A stretch of DNA of 63,203 nucleotides, the filler included, from Reticulomyxa filosa (Eukaryota > Protista > Foraminifera): the NCBI GenBank assembly GCA_000512085.1. It is 20 parts of 20 records of this genome, joined end to end, with 100 filler letters (N's around TTAATTAATTAA, not from the genome) between each part and the next. Parts side by side here need not be neighbours in the genome. Positions count along the whole stretch, not along the records: positions 11,964 to 14,157 come from ASPP01003066.1; positions 14,258 to 15,453 come from ASPP01025337.1; positions 15,554 to 23,795 come from ASPP01025939.1; positions 23,896 to 24,997 come from ASPP01008605.1; 16 more parts are not named here. One strand, written 5' to 3'. The position numbers and the translations under genes are program-made. Every line of letters starts with the position of its first letter. Within the stretch, counting starts at the first letter, position 1. A model generated the notes under the pieces. That model was not told the origin of the DNA. It was given only the letters and a program-made list of their open reading frames with translations, and did not search any database. Below, one piece after another: positions 12,760 through 25,097 of this stretch.

Positions 12760-14157
12760 ACTTTACCTTCTCTTGGCCATTTGAAATTACATTGCGGTAT
12801 TTATCCTGCCATTTGCCCCATGATGTTTGGCAAGTATTTTCTGTGCATAAATAACAATCAAAGAAATAATGTATATTATTGAACAACAAAGAAGAAAAAT
12901 AAAAATAACTTGACAATATCAATTGGACCGTCGACATTTGAATTGATAGTGATTTGGACGAAGTATATGCCTGCTAATGTTTATGCTTGAATTGGGGCAA
13001 TGTGATGAATAGAATTGCAATGTCAGCCAGTTTATCTATTGCGTTTGATCATTGTGTTGACAGCCAAGTACCGTATGAGATAATGCATGTGACAATAGAT
13101 TGCTATTTGCATAAACGAGAATATGCACCACGACCGACTTATTCGTCAGCTGCGTTGTGCCCATTTTTCTCATTTGCGCTAATAGCGCCTCTATCATATC
13201 AAAGGCATATTTGTGCCATGAAATGACAACTATTGACTTGTTGTCACAGTTTGCGCCAACAATTGCAGCTGGTTGGACAATTGCTCCAAGTATACGTTGT
13301 CCTTTTATTTTCCAGTTATCAACGGCACTGCAAAGTCGCAGTATCTATTTTGTTTGTTTGCTTATTCTTAAATAAAAAAAAATAAAGGACTAAACATTGC
13401 AACATTGGACAATGCTTTCCAAATTGTGGAGAAACTTTGAGCGATATACTTGGGCGAGTTTGTCTTTGCGAAAATTTGTGCTTGGATATTGCAGGATTTG
13501 TGAAAAAATCTGCGGCAGCTGCAGATATGCTGGTAGTTGGATTTGTGCTTGTTGCTGCGCTGCACCAGAAACAATTGATCACAGCCAACGTCCACAATCG
13601 ATACTCGCTCCTGTCTGCTGCACGTTCTTTTCAACAGTAGCGTATTTATCATTGCCTCGCTGTTGTGAATGTTCATTTGTATATTGTCAATTGTATAATC
13701 GAAATGGATACGAACACACTAATTATCAATGTTTTGGAGTGCCAGTTCTTTTTGAACTGATTTGAATCGGCAAACAGAGTGCTTTGGAAAATACGTATAA
13801 TATTTGTTGATTGTATCAACTCATTGTTAGAAATTTGCAATGATGATGTGCTTGTTATGTTATTGGATAATGGTAGAGATTGCTCAAACTCCCACTTTTC
13901 TAATTTCCACAAGTGGTTGAGCAACATGTCACATGGCATTGCCAGTATATTCATATTGTTGTACTGATTGAAGTGTTTTTGTGTGTTCGTCCAGCTGCAA
14001 TTGCTTGTATTCCTCTCACTTGTGTGTAACGTCACAATGAATACATTCAATACATGCATCGCCACCAACACAAGCAACGCTTTCATGCTGCCGTTTAACT
14101 GACCAAAGAACTTATTCGAGATTTTCTCATCCATTTGTCCCCTCCATTTCTACTGTG
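12760..14157 (-). pseudogene. Degenerate or fragmented coding-like region, family unknown
   Basis: Elevated GC and abutting minus-strand ORFs (13673-14134, 13368-13676) with no recognisable domain. Confidence 0.2.
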
Positions 14158-14798
14158 NNNNNNNNNNNNNNNNNNNNNNNNNNNNNNNNNNNNNNNNNNN
14201 NTTAATTAATTAANNNNNNNNNNNNNNNNNNNNNNNNNNNNNNNNNNNNNNNNNNNNAGAGATACATATGATTGAGCTTTTTTTTCTGTCAAGAACGATG
14301 AATGGGGTTCAATATGCAAAATGGAGTTAACAGTACATGTGATTTCTTTTCAATGAAGAAAAAAAATTTTTAATTTTTTGTAGTTTTAAGAATGTCTGAA
14401 AATCGAAAAGGTAACTCAATATTGAAATAAAAAGTTAATTTAACAAGTTGTGTACTTTCTTGGACAAATGTTGAAATCCTAAGTCACATTGTTTTTTTGT
14501 TGTAAAGGGGGTGAATTAATGAATCCATCGGTATGTATGAAGGATATTGCAACAATAAAACATGTTTGACATCAAAAACATATAAAATGAATAAATTTGA
14601 GAACTTAAACAAACAAATTCATTCAAAGACAAACTCTTTTCTATATCTTTTCACAGAACAATAATTGTTTTGTAAATTTAAAAAATCTAACAAAAAATAA
14701 TGTTGAATAATCTATTTGCTTTTTTTTTTTTTTAATGAAAGAATTATTTCATTCAAACAAATCACTTAAACATATTTTTTATGTTTGGAAAAATAATA

Positions 14799-15453
14799 TA
14801 ATCCCCAAATACAAATGCGATTATTGTTTGGACCATAACACAAATTAACACTATAACCAAAATTATTACTTTTTCTATCTTTTTTTAATTGCAGAAATGT
14901 AAGACATGATATTCACTATCTCCTTTGATTGTATGCAATTCATTTTTATTTAATCGAATATCCCAAAAAAGAATTGTATTATCAATTGATCCAGAACATA
15001 TTACATTTCAATTACCACCAAATTCATTATTCTTTATTACAAATGGTGAATATTCAACAGCCATACAACATCTGTGTGTCCACTAAACACTTGAATTTGT
15101 TGACCAGATCGAATATCCCATAAACGAACACTTTTATCAAATGATCCAGATAATATTATTTATTAATTCATTTGATTCATATGTTACACTATTCACATAA
15201 TTGCTATTCCCATTGAATACAATCAATTGTTTGATCGTTTCAATATCCCATATTCGAATAGTTTCATCCCACGATCCAGAACAAACCGTATATCCATTAC
15301 CATCAATTACATCAATGCTACTTTCATTTTTGTTACTATTGTGTAATGGTGAAATATCCACACACACTCGACACTATTTCCATGTCCATTGAAGATATTT
15401 AATGATTTGGATGTTTCAACATCCCATAATCGAATTGTTCTATCATCTGATTC
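14799..15453 (-). pseudogene. WD40-family pseudogene (paralog of 2264-3666)
   Basis: Near-colinear with 2264-2960 (CVDISPL...GNGYTVCSGSWDETIRIWDIET...LCYGP...IWG) but with several frameshifts and deletions. Confidence 0.85.
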
Positions 15454-17546
15454 NNNNNNNNNNNNNNNNNNNNNNNNNNNNNNNNNNNNNNNNNNNNTTA
15501 ATTAATTAANNNNNNNNNNNNNNNNNNNNNNNNNNNNNNNNNNNNNNNNNNNNAATCACCTCACAAGTTCTTTAAATAGTTTAATTCTCTTCACTATCCA
15601 ATCCAAACTCTAACTTCAAAAAAACTTGGACCCAAAATCTGTTATTAAAAGAACGTTTGCATTGTCTTCTTCATAAAGCGCATCCACAGCCTTTTCAAAA
15701 TAATTTATTGTCATCAAACACATATAAATGGACCAGCAATTGCGCACACCCTATGATGAGAATTCGCCACAGGTGAGCGAAACTGTTCGAACAAAAGTTT
15801 ACACATGCAATCTGAATGGAGCAATACAATCATATTTGTATGTACATAGAAACGGTTCATTCGTCTGGCTGTTCTTGTCATTGTGAGCCTTTTCGTGATT
15901 GTTAAGTAGTTTTTTTCTTTTTTATGTTGACATTGAAGCGAACCCAATTAAAAAAGAGAAATAAAAACAAAACACAAAGATTGCAGGGACAATGGCAATG
16001 GCAAATGGATTTCAATCTGATATTCGTTTTTCGCTTGCATTATTGGGAATAGCCTTATTATTATTTGCCGCATCCACTTTTGGGCTGGTAAGCCTAAAAA
16101 AAAACAATGAATTTGAGTGTGAAGAGTTTGAAATTGTTTTTTTTTTTCATCACATTTGTTTATTTTTTTGACATTATCCAAAAAAATTGAAATAAAAAAA
16201 AATAAATAAAAATGAAAAGTGGTGGCGCATAAAATCAGGCAAAATTGATGACTCAGCAAACATTCCCGTTTATTTGCAAATGGTAACATTAGTATTTATG
16301 GGCAGCGCTATATTTTATGGACTGGTCAATATCAAGAATAAAACATTTGACCTGTAATGAACCTTCTCTATATATCTATCTATCTATCTACTGTATCCTT
16401 CCTTTCCAATAATCAAATAATTACTTTCTCCAAAAACATTAGTTAATGCAAGGGGGGTGGATGTTTTTTTGGCAACAGGGAAAGCATATCATGTTATGAG
16501 GTGAACAATTGGTGCTTAGTTTATTATACCAGTGATGCTCAAGTTACATTAGAAATTTGTAAAAAGGGAGGAGAAAAAAAAATAATTTTTTTTAAAAAAA
16601 AGTGTACTAATAATCAATAATAATGGTATCAACTAAAAATAAAAATAATAAATAAATAAAATAATAAAGGCACAACCACAATACTCATGCGTGCGAGCTA
16701 ACAGTGTTGTAAACACCACGACATCATATCGGTGCATATTTACTCCTGTTGCTTTAACAGAGTCCCAAACTTCAAATATGACCTCTTTTTATGAAACTGA
16801 AAACGACAACAAAGGCACCAATGACATATGGTCAAATTTCAAACTCTTGTTTTCTAAAATCTTTGTTGGCTTCCAACACTACACACTTGATCATGAATAA
16901 CAATGCAAACATCCACTTTTACACAGTTTTTATTCTAACCTTAATTAATGTAAAAACACATTGACTCTTTTCTTTAATTTTGAACGCAATTCTATCGTTA
17001 TAAGTCTTGTACAAAAGTAAACCAATTCAAATATCATCACAATGAAAGCACTCTGATTTTTAAAAATAATTTTGCGATTGTGCACGAAGGGCAGTGTAGT
17101 CCATTTTCCTTTTTCAAGACTCTATAAAATATTATTCCACTGAATTATCAATTCAAAACGAGCAAAAAGTTTGGAGATGCTCATATTGAAATACTTTACT
17201 TCATTTCATACTTTGCTTGATTTATTTATTTTTTCACAATAGTTCTCAATGTGTGAAAAATTGAAGCAATTATAGGGAGAAGACAAGCGTTGTGTTTTTT
17301 TTGACAGTTTCACGCCCATTTTCTTGAACTTGTCTTTGTTTAGGATCCAATTATATATTATTGAAAGACAAAAAACACAAAAAAGAAACAAATGCTAACA
17401 ACCCAACCATATTACTTTGCTGTCCCAGCGACCTTTGAGAGTTTGGGTATCTTTTGCTTTTAACAACAAAAAGAACCTAAAACGAAAACGAAAACAAAAA
17501 AAAAAAAGATGCATCAAATCCAATAACGTATCACAATTTAACGTCA

Positions 17547-18929
17547 ATGATCCAACCAAGCACTTACCCTTGCAACGACCAGAACAGCACGACCTCACCA
17601 GTCGTGGTCATTATAGTGTTGGACAACAATGAGGAGATGAAAAACGGCAGTGGCGCGACGGGTACAAGTAACTCCAATACGAATTTCGCCGCTGGCACGA
17701 ACAGTACAACCAACGCGACCAGCACAAGTAACATAAGCAACGCCAAAGGGATAAATGCAAGCACACTGGCAAAGTACGAATCAATAGAAAACGAAACCAC
17801 CAAATTTGATTGGGTGCGAGACTGCCCGTCCATTGAAGAGATGTTAAAGAAAGAAGGCACCAATGTGGTTTCCAAAATGAATAATTACTTGCCATTCCTC
17901 CCACAGTTTCTAACGCAAGAAGATAACAAAAAATGGCAATCCCAACAATACCAGCGTCAGTGCCAACAATACCAACATCAACACCAACATCAACCACTGG
18001 AAACTACAAATAGCAAAGAAACAAGCAATGAATTGGAAACGAACAGTGATGGGATTTCAATGTCGATAAAATCCAAAGAAAGTTCAAAAACGCCACCAAA
18101 AAAGAAATTGACGGAAAAAGGGTCCAAACAAAGACGGCATCGAACGCACAGTATTCGAGGACAAATTGTTCAAAGATTGCAAAGCGTCAAGCCTTTATCC
18201 AATGACTCTCAAAAACCATGGGTGTGTCCGGAATGCCAGAACCGATATGCTACATTCAATGGACTGCAATCTCATTTTCGAATTCACACGGAATGGTTAG
18301 TGTTGTTCGTGTGTGTGTGTATACGTATTGTTATCGCATAAATCACAGTAACAATAATAATCAGTATTTTTACATATTTTTTTTATACATTAAACAAACA
18401 AATCAAAAAAAAAAAAATATCCCCTACATCAAATCTAAAAAAAAAAAAAGGTGTTTCCAATGCAATGACTGTGGCCATCGATTTGCTCGAAGTCGAGATT
18501 TCCAAGAGCATATGCGTGTGCATACCAATGAAAGACCTTACATTTGTCGGTTTTGTCGGAAAGGATTTAAACAACGTCACAAGTTGAGCTTGACAAAATA
18601 CAGCAAAATATACTTTGCCAAATGGCTTGGTCTTGATGTAATGTCAACAAAATATGCATATTCATTTTTTTTTTTAATAAGTTGCTTGTCCATTTTTTTT
18701 TTTTTTTGTGATGTGTTTTAATGCTTGTTAACAAAAAAAAAAACTTACAGTTTGAAAGACCACGAGAGGACCCATACGCGAGAAGATCTTTTTGTTTGTG
18801 ATATTTGCAACAAAGCTGTTAAGTTTTTGTTTGTTTATTTTTTTTTTCTCATGCATGTGCTCTCCAACGCATTCGGTTGAAAACATTACATGAAATACAT
18901 AAAACAGTTTGTCGCCAAACATAACATGA
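17547..18929 (+). CDS. C2H2 zinc-finger protein (at least 4 fingers), multi-exon; 3' end uncertain
   Basis: WVCPECQNRY...HFRIHT, FQCNDCGHRF...HMRVHTNERPYICRFCRKGF and HERTHT...FVCDICNK. Intron 18296-18450 joins in frame. Confidence 0.85.
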
Positions 18930-20424
18930 AAAATCATCGAAAGCTTCATTTTACCAGTTGATTTTTTTCGTTGGTTTTGTTTTCGGTTTCCTTCCGATTT
19001 TTTTTTTTCTTTTCCAATTTCCTTGATTGTGTATTTTTTTTTCTTTTCCCCTTCAATTTCATCCCTTTGGTATATGTGTAAATTTTTGCCTTGTTGGAAG
19101 AGGTGAAAGGTAGGGCGCAAATGGAAGTTCAAAAGGTGTTTTCTTTTCTTTTCGTTTGTTTTTGGTCTGCTTGTGTTGTGATGGTATTATCCTTTCTCTT
19201 CTTTTTTTTTCCCTTTCTCTTTTCTTTTTTTTTTTTTCATTAGGAAAAAAAATAAAAGGGAGAAAGAAAGTGAGAAAAGAACCCAACACAAAAAAACCAA
19301 GTGTTATTTTTTTTTTTTGTTTTGTTAGTTTGTTTATGAGCAACAACAAAAAAAAAAAGGGAAAAAGGGGAGGAAAGAATGGAAAAATAAAAATAACGGA
19401 AAAACAAATAAATAAACACTGGAACAGCCAAATAACAACCACAACAATTGCTTAAAAAAAATAACTTGGATAATGGATAAAAGAAAAAAAAGGGAGGAAA
19501 AAATTGATCGAAAATAGGAAAAAAAAAAGCGAAGCTATAAAAAATATTTCATGCACATTTCTTTTTTTTTTTATTGTTGTTCTTTTGCCTTAAAACTATT
19601 GATAGTGGGTGGAATTACATTTGTTTCTTGTGGCTGATGGCAATGCCGTTTATATTTATATTGGAACTTGCTTTACTTATGATTTGTGGTTGTGGAAAGT
19701 TCGTTTTTAGGTTTGTTTGTTTTATTTTGTTTTTTCACAAAAAAAGGATTACTTTAGAAGAGTGAGGGTTTGGTGATTTTATTCTCCTCTTTATTTTTTG
19801 AATGGAGGTGTCACATTACCTTTTTTTGTTTGTTTTATTTTTCCTCTACGTGATGCTTGTCGTTGAGTCCTTCTCTTTTTTTAATCGTAGTGATTAATAG
19901 CCTTTTTTTATTTTTGTTTTCTTTTTGTTTGTTTTGTTGACCTTTTTCCCTCTTTTCTTTGAGAAGAGGTATGTTATTAGCTTTTTTTTTTTAGTTACAT
20001 TGTAATGTTTTTGCTAGAATTTGCATATGTAGGAATGGATTGCATACGTCGATATGCGCTCACATTTCTTCGTAGTGTAATTTTTGAGACTCAACAAATA
20101 CAACAAAATGTCTAAATTCAGATTTCGTCTCTGCATAAATTCAAAAGAATATTAGGAGATTAGCTCTAATTTTTTGTACAATCTTGCTAAAAGTGTCTTA
20201 AGTTTTTGAAATATTGACTATTTTGAAATTGAAAAACAGTTATAATAAAAATTTGAATATACATACTCTTGATGTAAAAAAGATTTTAATCGTTATCAAA
20301 TAAAGAAAAAGAGAACGATAGTTCATTAATTTTAAACTTACGAAAATTTCAATTTGAATTGAACAAAAGAAAAGAACAATTTTTGTCCAATTCTTTAATA
20401 AAAAAGCTCTTAGCAATAACCTAA

Positions 20425-23400
20425 TCACTCAAGTTTCACATGATCAACACACATGGGTAGATTTGGGAAACGACAGTGCCTTCCAATTTGCTGTTTGAGA
20501 CCTTTATCGCTAAATTTAAATGCGATGTGATCCGCAACTTTGACGACGTGTGGAATTCGAACAGCATTGATTGTGCTGTCGAAATACAAATCACACAAAT
20601 GATAGGAGAATGTTTGCAGAGATCGAGAGTGTTTCTCGACGAGGTTTAGTCCATCTTCAATGACAATGAACCGGCTTGGGATTGGATTTTTTTTTTTGGG
20701 TTGCAGGACAAGGAACAATAAAAAATTCATGAACTTGAGGACCAGAGAGAAGGTCATCCACAACAGTTCCTGGGACAACAGGGGCTTCATTTTCAGCAAA
20801 GAACCGAGTTTTCACTCTTTTTTGCACCACAATGAACTCAAGATTGCATGCTTTTCCTTTCATTTTTTGTTGCAGAACTTGTTTTAGTTCAGAAATTTCT
20901 TCCTTTTTGATTTGATCCAGTTGGGACACGGATACTCCATCTCTATTTTTTTAATAAAAAAAAAGAAAGGATATTTGGCCAACAAAAAATAGAGCCATTA
21001 ATAGACAAAATGTAACCTGTAAAAGATGATTTGATCTGGAAACGTATCATTATCTTTTTGAAAGGCATCTAAAGCACACTCAAAATATTTATTGATATTG
21101 GTGACAAGCTCCTTTCCCATCTCCTGGATTCCAATGAATTGATGGACTCGAACAAAATCAGAGTCAAATGTGGATGCAAATCCAACGACAGATTCTCTTG
21201 CCTTTCGGTTGTGACAAACATCCATTCCGACAATCATGGTTTTTTTGCTCAACTGCAATGCTTCATTAAACTGATCCCATCTAATCTTCCATGGAATCCA
21301 CTCACCTTTTACTAAAATGCAGTGAACGCAACGATATAAACACTCACGAGCACGATACCGATTCGTTGCGTTCTGATCGTTGCATATAATACCGTACAAA
21401 GATATTTCATATGTGATTCAATCAAAACAAATCAAGTGAATGGAATTGAACTCTTTGTTTGATGCATTGAATGGCGAGCTCCCTTTTTTCATGTGCTTTT
21501 CGAGCCCAACTTTGTACATTGGCATAAATTGTTGACTCGTTTTGATTTGTCATAATGACTAGAACACCATGAATATTCTGATTCACAATCCAATTCAAGA
21601 CTTTATGGCATTCAACTACATTCCTCAAATCGCACAAATAAATTTCATTATGTAACGCTACACCTCTGTAACGTTGTTCCTCCTCCAAAATTCTATCTGT
21701 TTGTTCCGCAACCGAATACCCAACATCTTCGTCTTCGGCAAGAACGATACTGTATTATTTCGAATTGAATAACATATGAAGGAACATATACACACATACA
21801 GTAAACACATAAAAAGAAAGACAGGGCCAAACATGTTAAATGAAGAATCTTGCGTGACCAAAGTACTTTTGGTTTCGACAAATCCTTTGCCTTGCGCAAT
21901 TTTGCCTCCGCCTTTGGAGTTCGAAATGTAGTTGATTACTTCTTCGGGCCGTTCCAACACACGATTTTCGACTGTTATCGGATCACTGCTGATCGAAAAA
22001 CCTAGCTTTCGATGTTCGAATTCCTGATATCAATAAGCCACAAAACAAACAAAGCGAAAGCAAACACATTTATGTGCAATAATTATCGGACTGGCTCCAC
22101 TTTGATCATTCAACAAAAAAAAAAAAAGAAGAAAGGAAAGCAAACTTGATTGAGTTTAGCGATTATTTGTTTTGCTTGCATAATCCACTCTCGAAACGAA
22201 GGAGAGCATCGTTCATGGACTTCGGACATGAAGGCCCGGTCTTGGGATTGACTCAAAGACACTCCAGTGAATCGACACAGCTCCGGGATCAGATATATCT
22301 TTTTGCCCGCTTTCGACTTTTGAAAGCGAAGTCCATCTCGGCACAAGAGCAGTCCTTTTTCTGCACTCAACGTACCAGGCTTCGTGGCAAATCGATCATA
22401 GCCTTTCTCGTGGTAGTATTCTCGAAAGGTTTTTTTTTTCGATTTCTTTATGTATATGTATGTATGTATGTATGTATGTGTAAAAAGTTATTGAAATAAA
22501 AATATAAAAAGATGCCAATGAATGAATCAAAAGAATAAACAAACCTCATCAGAATCATCGTCATTATCATCACCACTATCCATGGGTGAATCGACGCTTT
22601 TATTCCAATCAAACTGCTCTGCCATGTAAGTTCGATAGTTATACATTGTGACGACCCCACGCCAGGTATGTTCATTGGGTGTTTCCAATTCTTCCTCACA
22701 CTCTTTTGGGCTTTTCTATAAATTGCACGTGCATTACTTACTCAGTCAGTCACGAAAAAAAAAAAAAAAGGCATACATACGGTTTTAATAATGTCCAAGA
22801 CAGTTTGCGAGGACAGGAGCTTGTTTTGGAGTGAGACGCAGAGTTGATCGCCGCGGCTCTCGGTGGAGTAAAAAGCGAGGAAGAACCCCTTCCAAAGGGG
22901 GATATCTTCTTTGCAATCCGCGTCGAAGCTGGGCTCCAAAAACACATTGTTGCCAATCCGCGCGTAATTCAAGTCCTTCATTATTTCGCGTAGCATCACA
23001 TGCAGAAATTGCGACCTCTCTTCTTCTTTCCACTCTTTGTAATCCTTTGTCGTATTTGCTTGAAGCGTTACCTTATTTTCATTATATTATTTTTATATTG
23101 TTTTTTTTTTTTATATATTTGTACTTACATTTGTATTTATAATTTTTGTTGTTGTTTGTTGTTGGATCACAAACTTTATATTTCTCGACAGTGGACATGA
23201 CATCGAATTTGTCATTTGATTTCACTGACTGAGTCAGTTCATCTTTTTTTTTGGCGAATACGATTAAGTTGTCAAAGAACCAGTATTCGAAATAATCTTT
23301 CAATTTCTGACAACTGTTTGGTTGGTTTTGTTATTTGTTACAAGTTACATTTTTTATTTTTTTTTTAAAAAAAGAATAATCTAACCTTTGAAAAACAATG

Positions 23401-23795
23401 TGTCGCAGGTTTTTGTTATCCTCAGGGATGTCTGGCTCAAACTAAAGTATTCATTGCAAAAAAAAAAAATTGTGTTGTTTGATTGGTAGACAAGGATTTG
23501 TCTGTGTAAGCGAAAGAATTGAGGCGCAAGCATACTACATACAAACACACGTAACAGTTACGACGTATTGAACAATGTCAAATTGCTTCGGAACAGTCAC
23601 TTGAAAATGATTGCTAACAATGCTCTCGCCAATGTTTTGCTCGCTAATGTAATGATCTCTTGGAAAGGTACTCTCTTCTTCTGCCTTTCTTCCTCTGCTT
23701 CTACCTCTTCCTCTTCCTCTTTCTCTACCTCTTCCTCTTTCTCTACCTCTTCCTCTTCCTCTTTCTCTACCTCTTCCTCTTCCTCTTCCTCTTCC
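20425..23795 (-). CDS. Piwi/Argonaute-family protein (RG-repeat N-terminus, N, PAZ, MID and PIWI domains); many exons, 5' end cut by the contig edge
   Basis: GR repeats; SNHFQV..QYVVT/FEPDIP (N domain); TFREYY and YLIPELCRFTG (PAZ/L2); TMIVGMDVCH, spliced IIFYR/DGVS, VQKRVKTRFF, PGTVVD and LQTFSYHLCDLY...VRIP. A homopolymer frameshift lies near 20695. Confidence 0.93.
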
Positions 23796-23895
23796 NNNNN
23801 NNNNNNNNNNNNNNNNNNNNNNNNNNNNNNNNNNNNNNNTTAATTAATTAANNNNNNNNNNNNNNNNNNNNNNNNNNNNNNNNNNNNNNNNNNNN

Positions 23896-23944
23896 CATCG
23901 ATCTGCGCCAGCGGGGCGGTGTAGTGCAGGCTGATCACGTACAT
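23896..23944 (-). CDS. Start of a downstream bacterial gene, YciI-like (MYVISLHYTAPLAQID)
   Basis: ATG about 44 nt after the miaB stop. Only 16 codons are visible, and they resemble YciI-family N-termini. Confidence 0.45.
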
Positions 23945-23987
23945 GGCGGCTTCCGGTAAGCCCGGCGGCCAGGCCGCCGGGGCAGGC

Positions 23988-24997
23988 TCAGACGTGTTCG
24001 ACGGTGAGCACCTCGCCACCCAGCGAATGCGGGAAGGCTTCGGTGATCACCACGTCGATCATCTGGTTGATCAGGCGCGGCTGGCCGTAGAAGTTGACCA
24101 CGCGGTTGTTGGCGGTGCGGCCGGCCAGCATGGCGGGGTCTTTCTTGGAGATGCCTTCCACCAGGATGCGCTGCACGGTGCGACCATGCCCTGGTTGATC
24201 TCGAAGCCTTTGGCTTCGATTACTTCGTTCAGCGCTTCCAGACGACGCACTTTTTCCTTGTGCGGGGTGTCGTCCGGCAGGTTGGCTGCGGGGTACCCGG
24301 GCGCGGGCTGTAGATGAACACGAAGCTGAAGTCGAACTCCATGTCCTTCACCAGCTTCAGCGTCTGCTCGAAGTCGGCCTCGGTCTCGCCCGGGAAGCCG
24401 ACGATGAAGTCGGAGGACAGGCACAGGTCGGGGCGCAGTGCGCGCAGCTTGCGGATGATGGACTTGTATTCCAGGCCGGTGTAACCGCGCTTCATCGCGG
24501 CCAGCACGCGGTCGGCGCCGCTTTGCACCGGCAGGTGCAGGTGCGAAACCAGCTTGGGCAGCTTGCCGTAGCAGTCGATGATGCGCTGGCTGAACTCGCG
24601 CGGGTGGCTGGTGGTGAAGCGCAGGCGTTCGATGCCCGGAATCTCGTGCACGTATTCCAGCAGCGTGGCGAAGTCGGCGATCTCGCCGTCGGCCATGGCG
24701 CCGCGGTAGGCGTTGACGTTCTGGCCCAGCAGGGTGATTTCCTTCACGCCCTGCATCGCCAGGTTGGCCACTTCGGTCAGCACGTCGTCAAACGGGCGCG
24801 ATACTTCCTCGCCGCGGGTGTACGGCACCACGCAGAAGGTACAGTACTTGGAACAGCCTTCCATCACCGACACGAAGGCCGCGCCGCCTTCCACCTTGGC
24901 CGGCGGAATGTGGTCGAACTTCTCGATCTCGGGGAAGGAAATATCCACCTGGGCGGCGCCGCTTTGCTGGCGGCTCTTGATCAGGTCCGGCAGGCGG
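23988..24997 (-). CDS. miaB: Bacterial tRNA-i6A37 methylthiotransferase MiaB (5'-truncated; two apparent frameshifts near 24290 and 24180)
   Basis: Radical SAM motif [46 protein letters not shown] and a C-terminal TRAM domain. GC-rich and intronless. Confidence 0.95.
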
Positions 24998-25097
24998 NNN
25001 NNNNNNNNNNNNNNNNNNNNNNNNNNNNNNNNNNNNNNNNNTTAATTAATTAANNNNNNNNNNNNNNNNNNNNNNNNNNNNNNNNNNNNNNNNNNNN

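Noticed and set aside
11972-12760. Phe/Lys-rich ORFs here and at 18728-19765 and 56303-57115
   Set aside because: They are translations of A/T homopolymer-rich non-coding DNA with no motifs.
20690-20700. Programmed frameshifting in Piwi (also in the insulinase, SBP-vWA and WD40 genes)
   Set aside because: The shifts fall in homopolymer runs, and even bacterial miaB has indels, so sequencing error is more likely.
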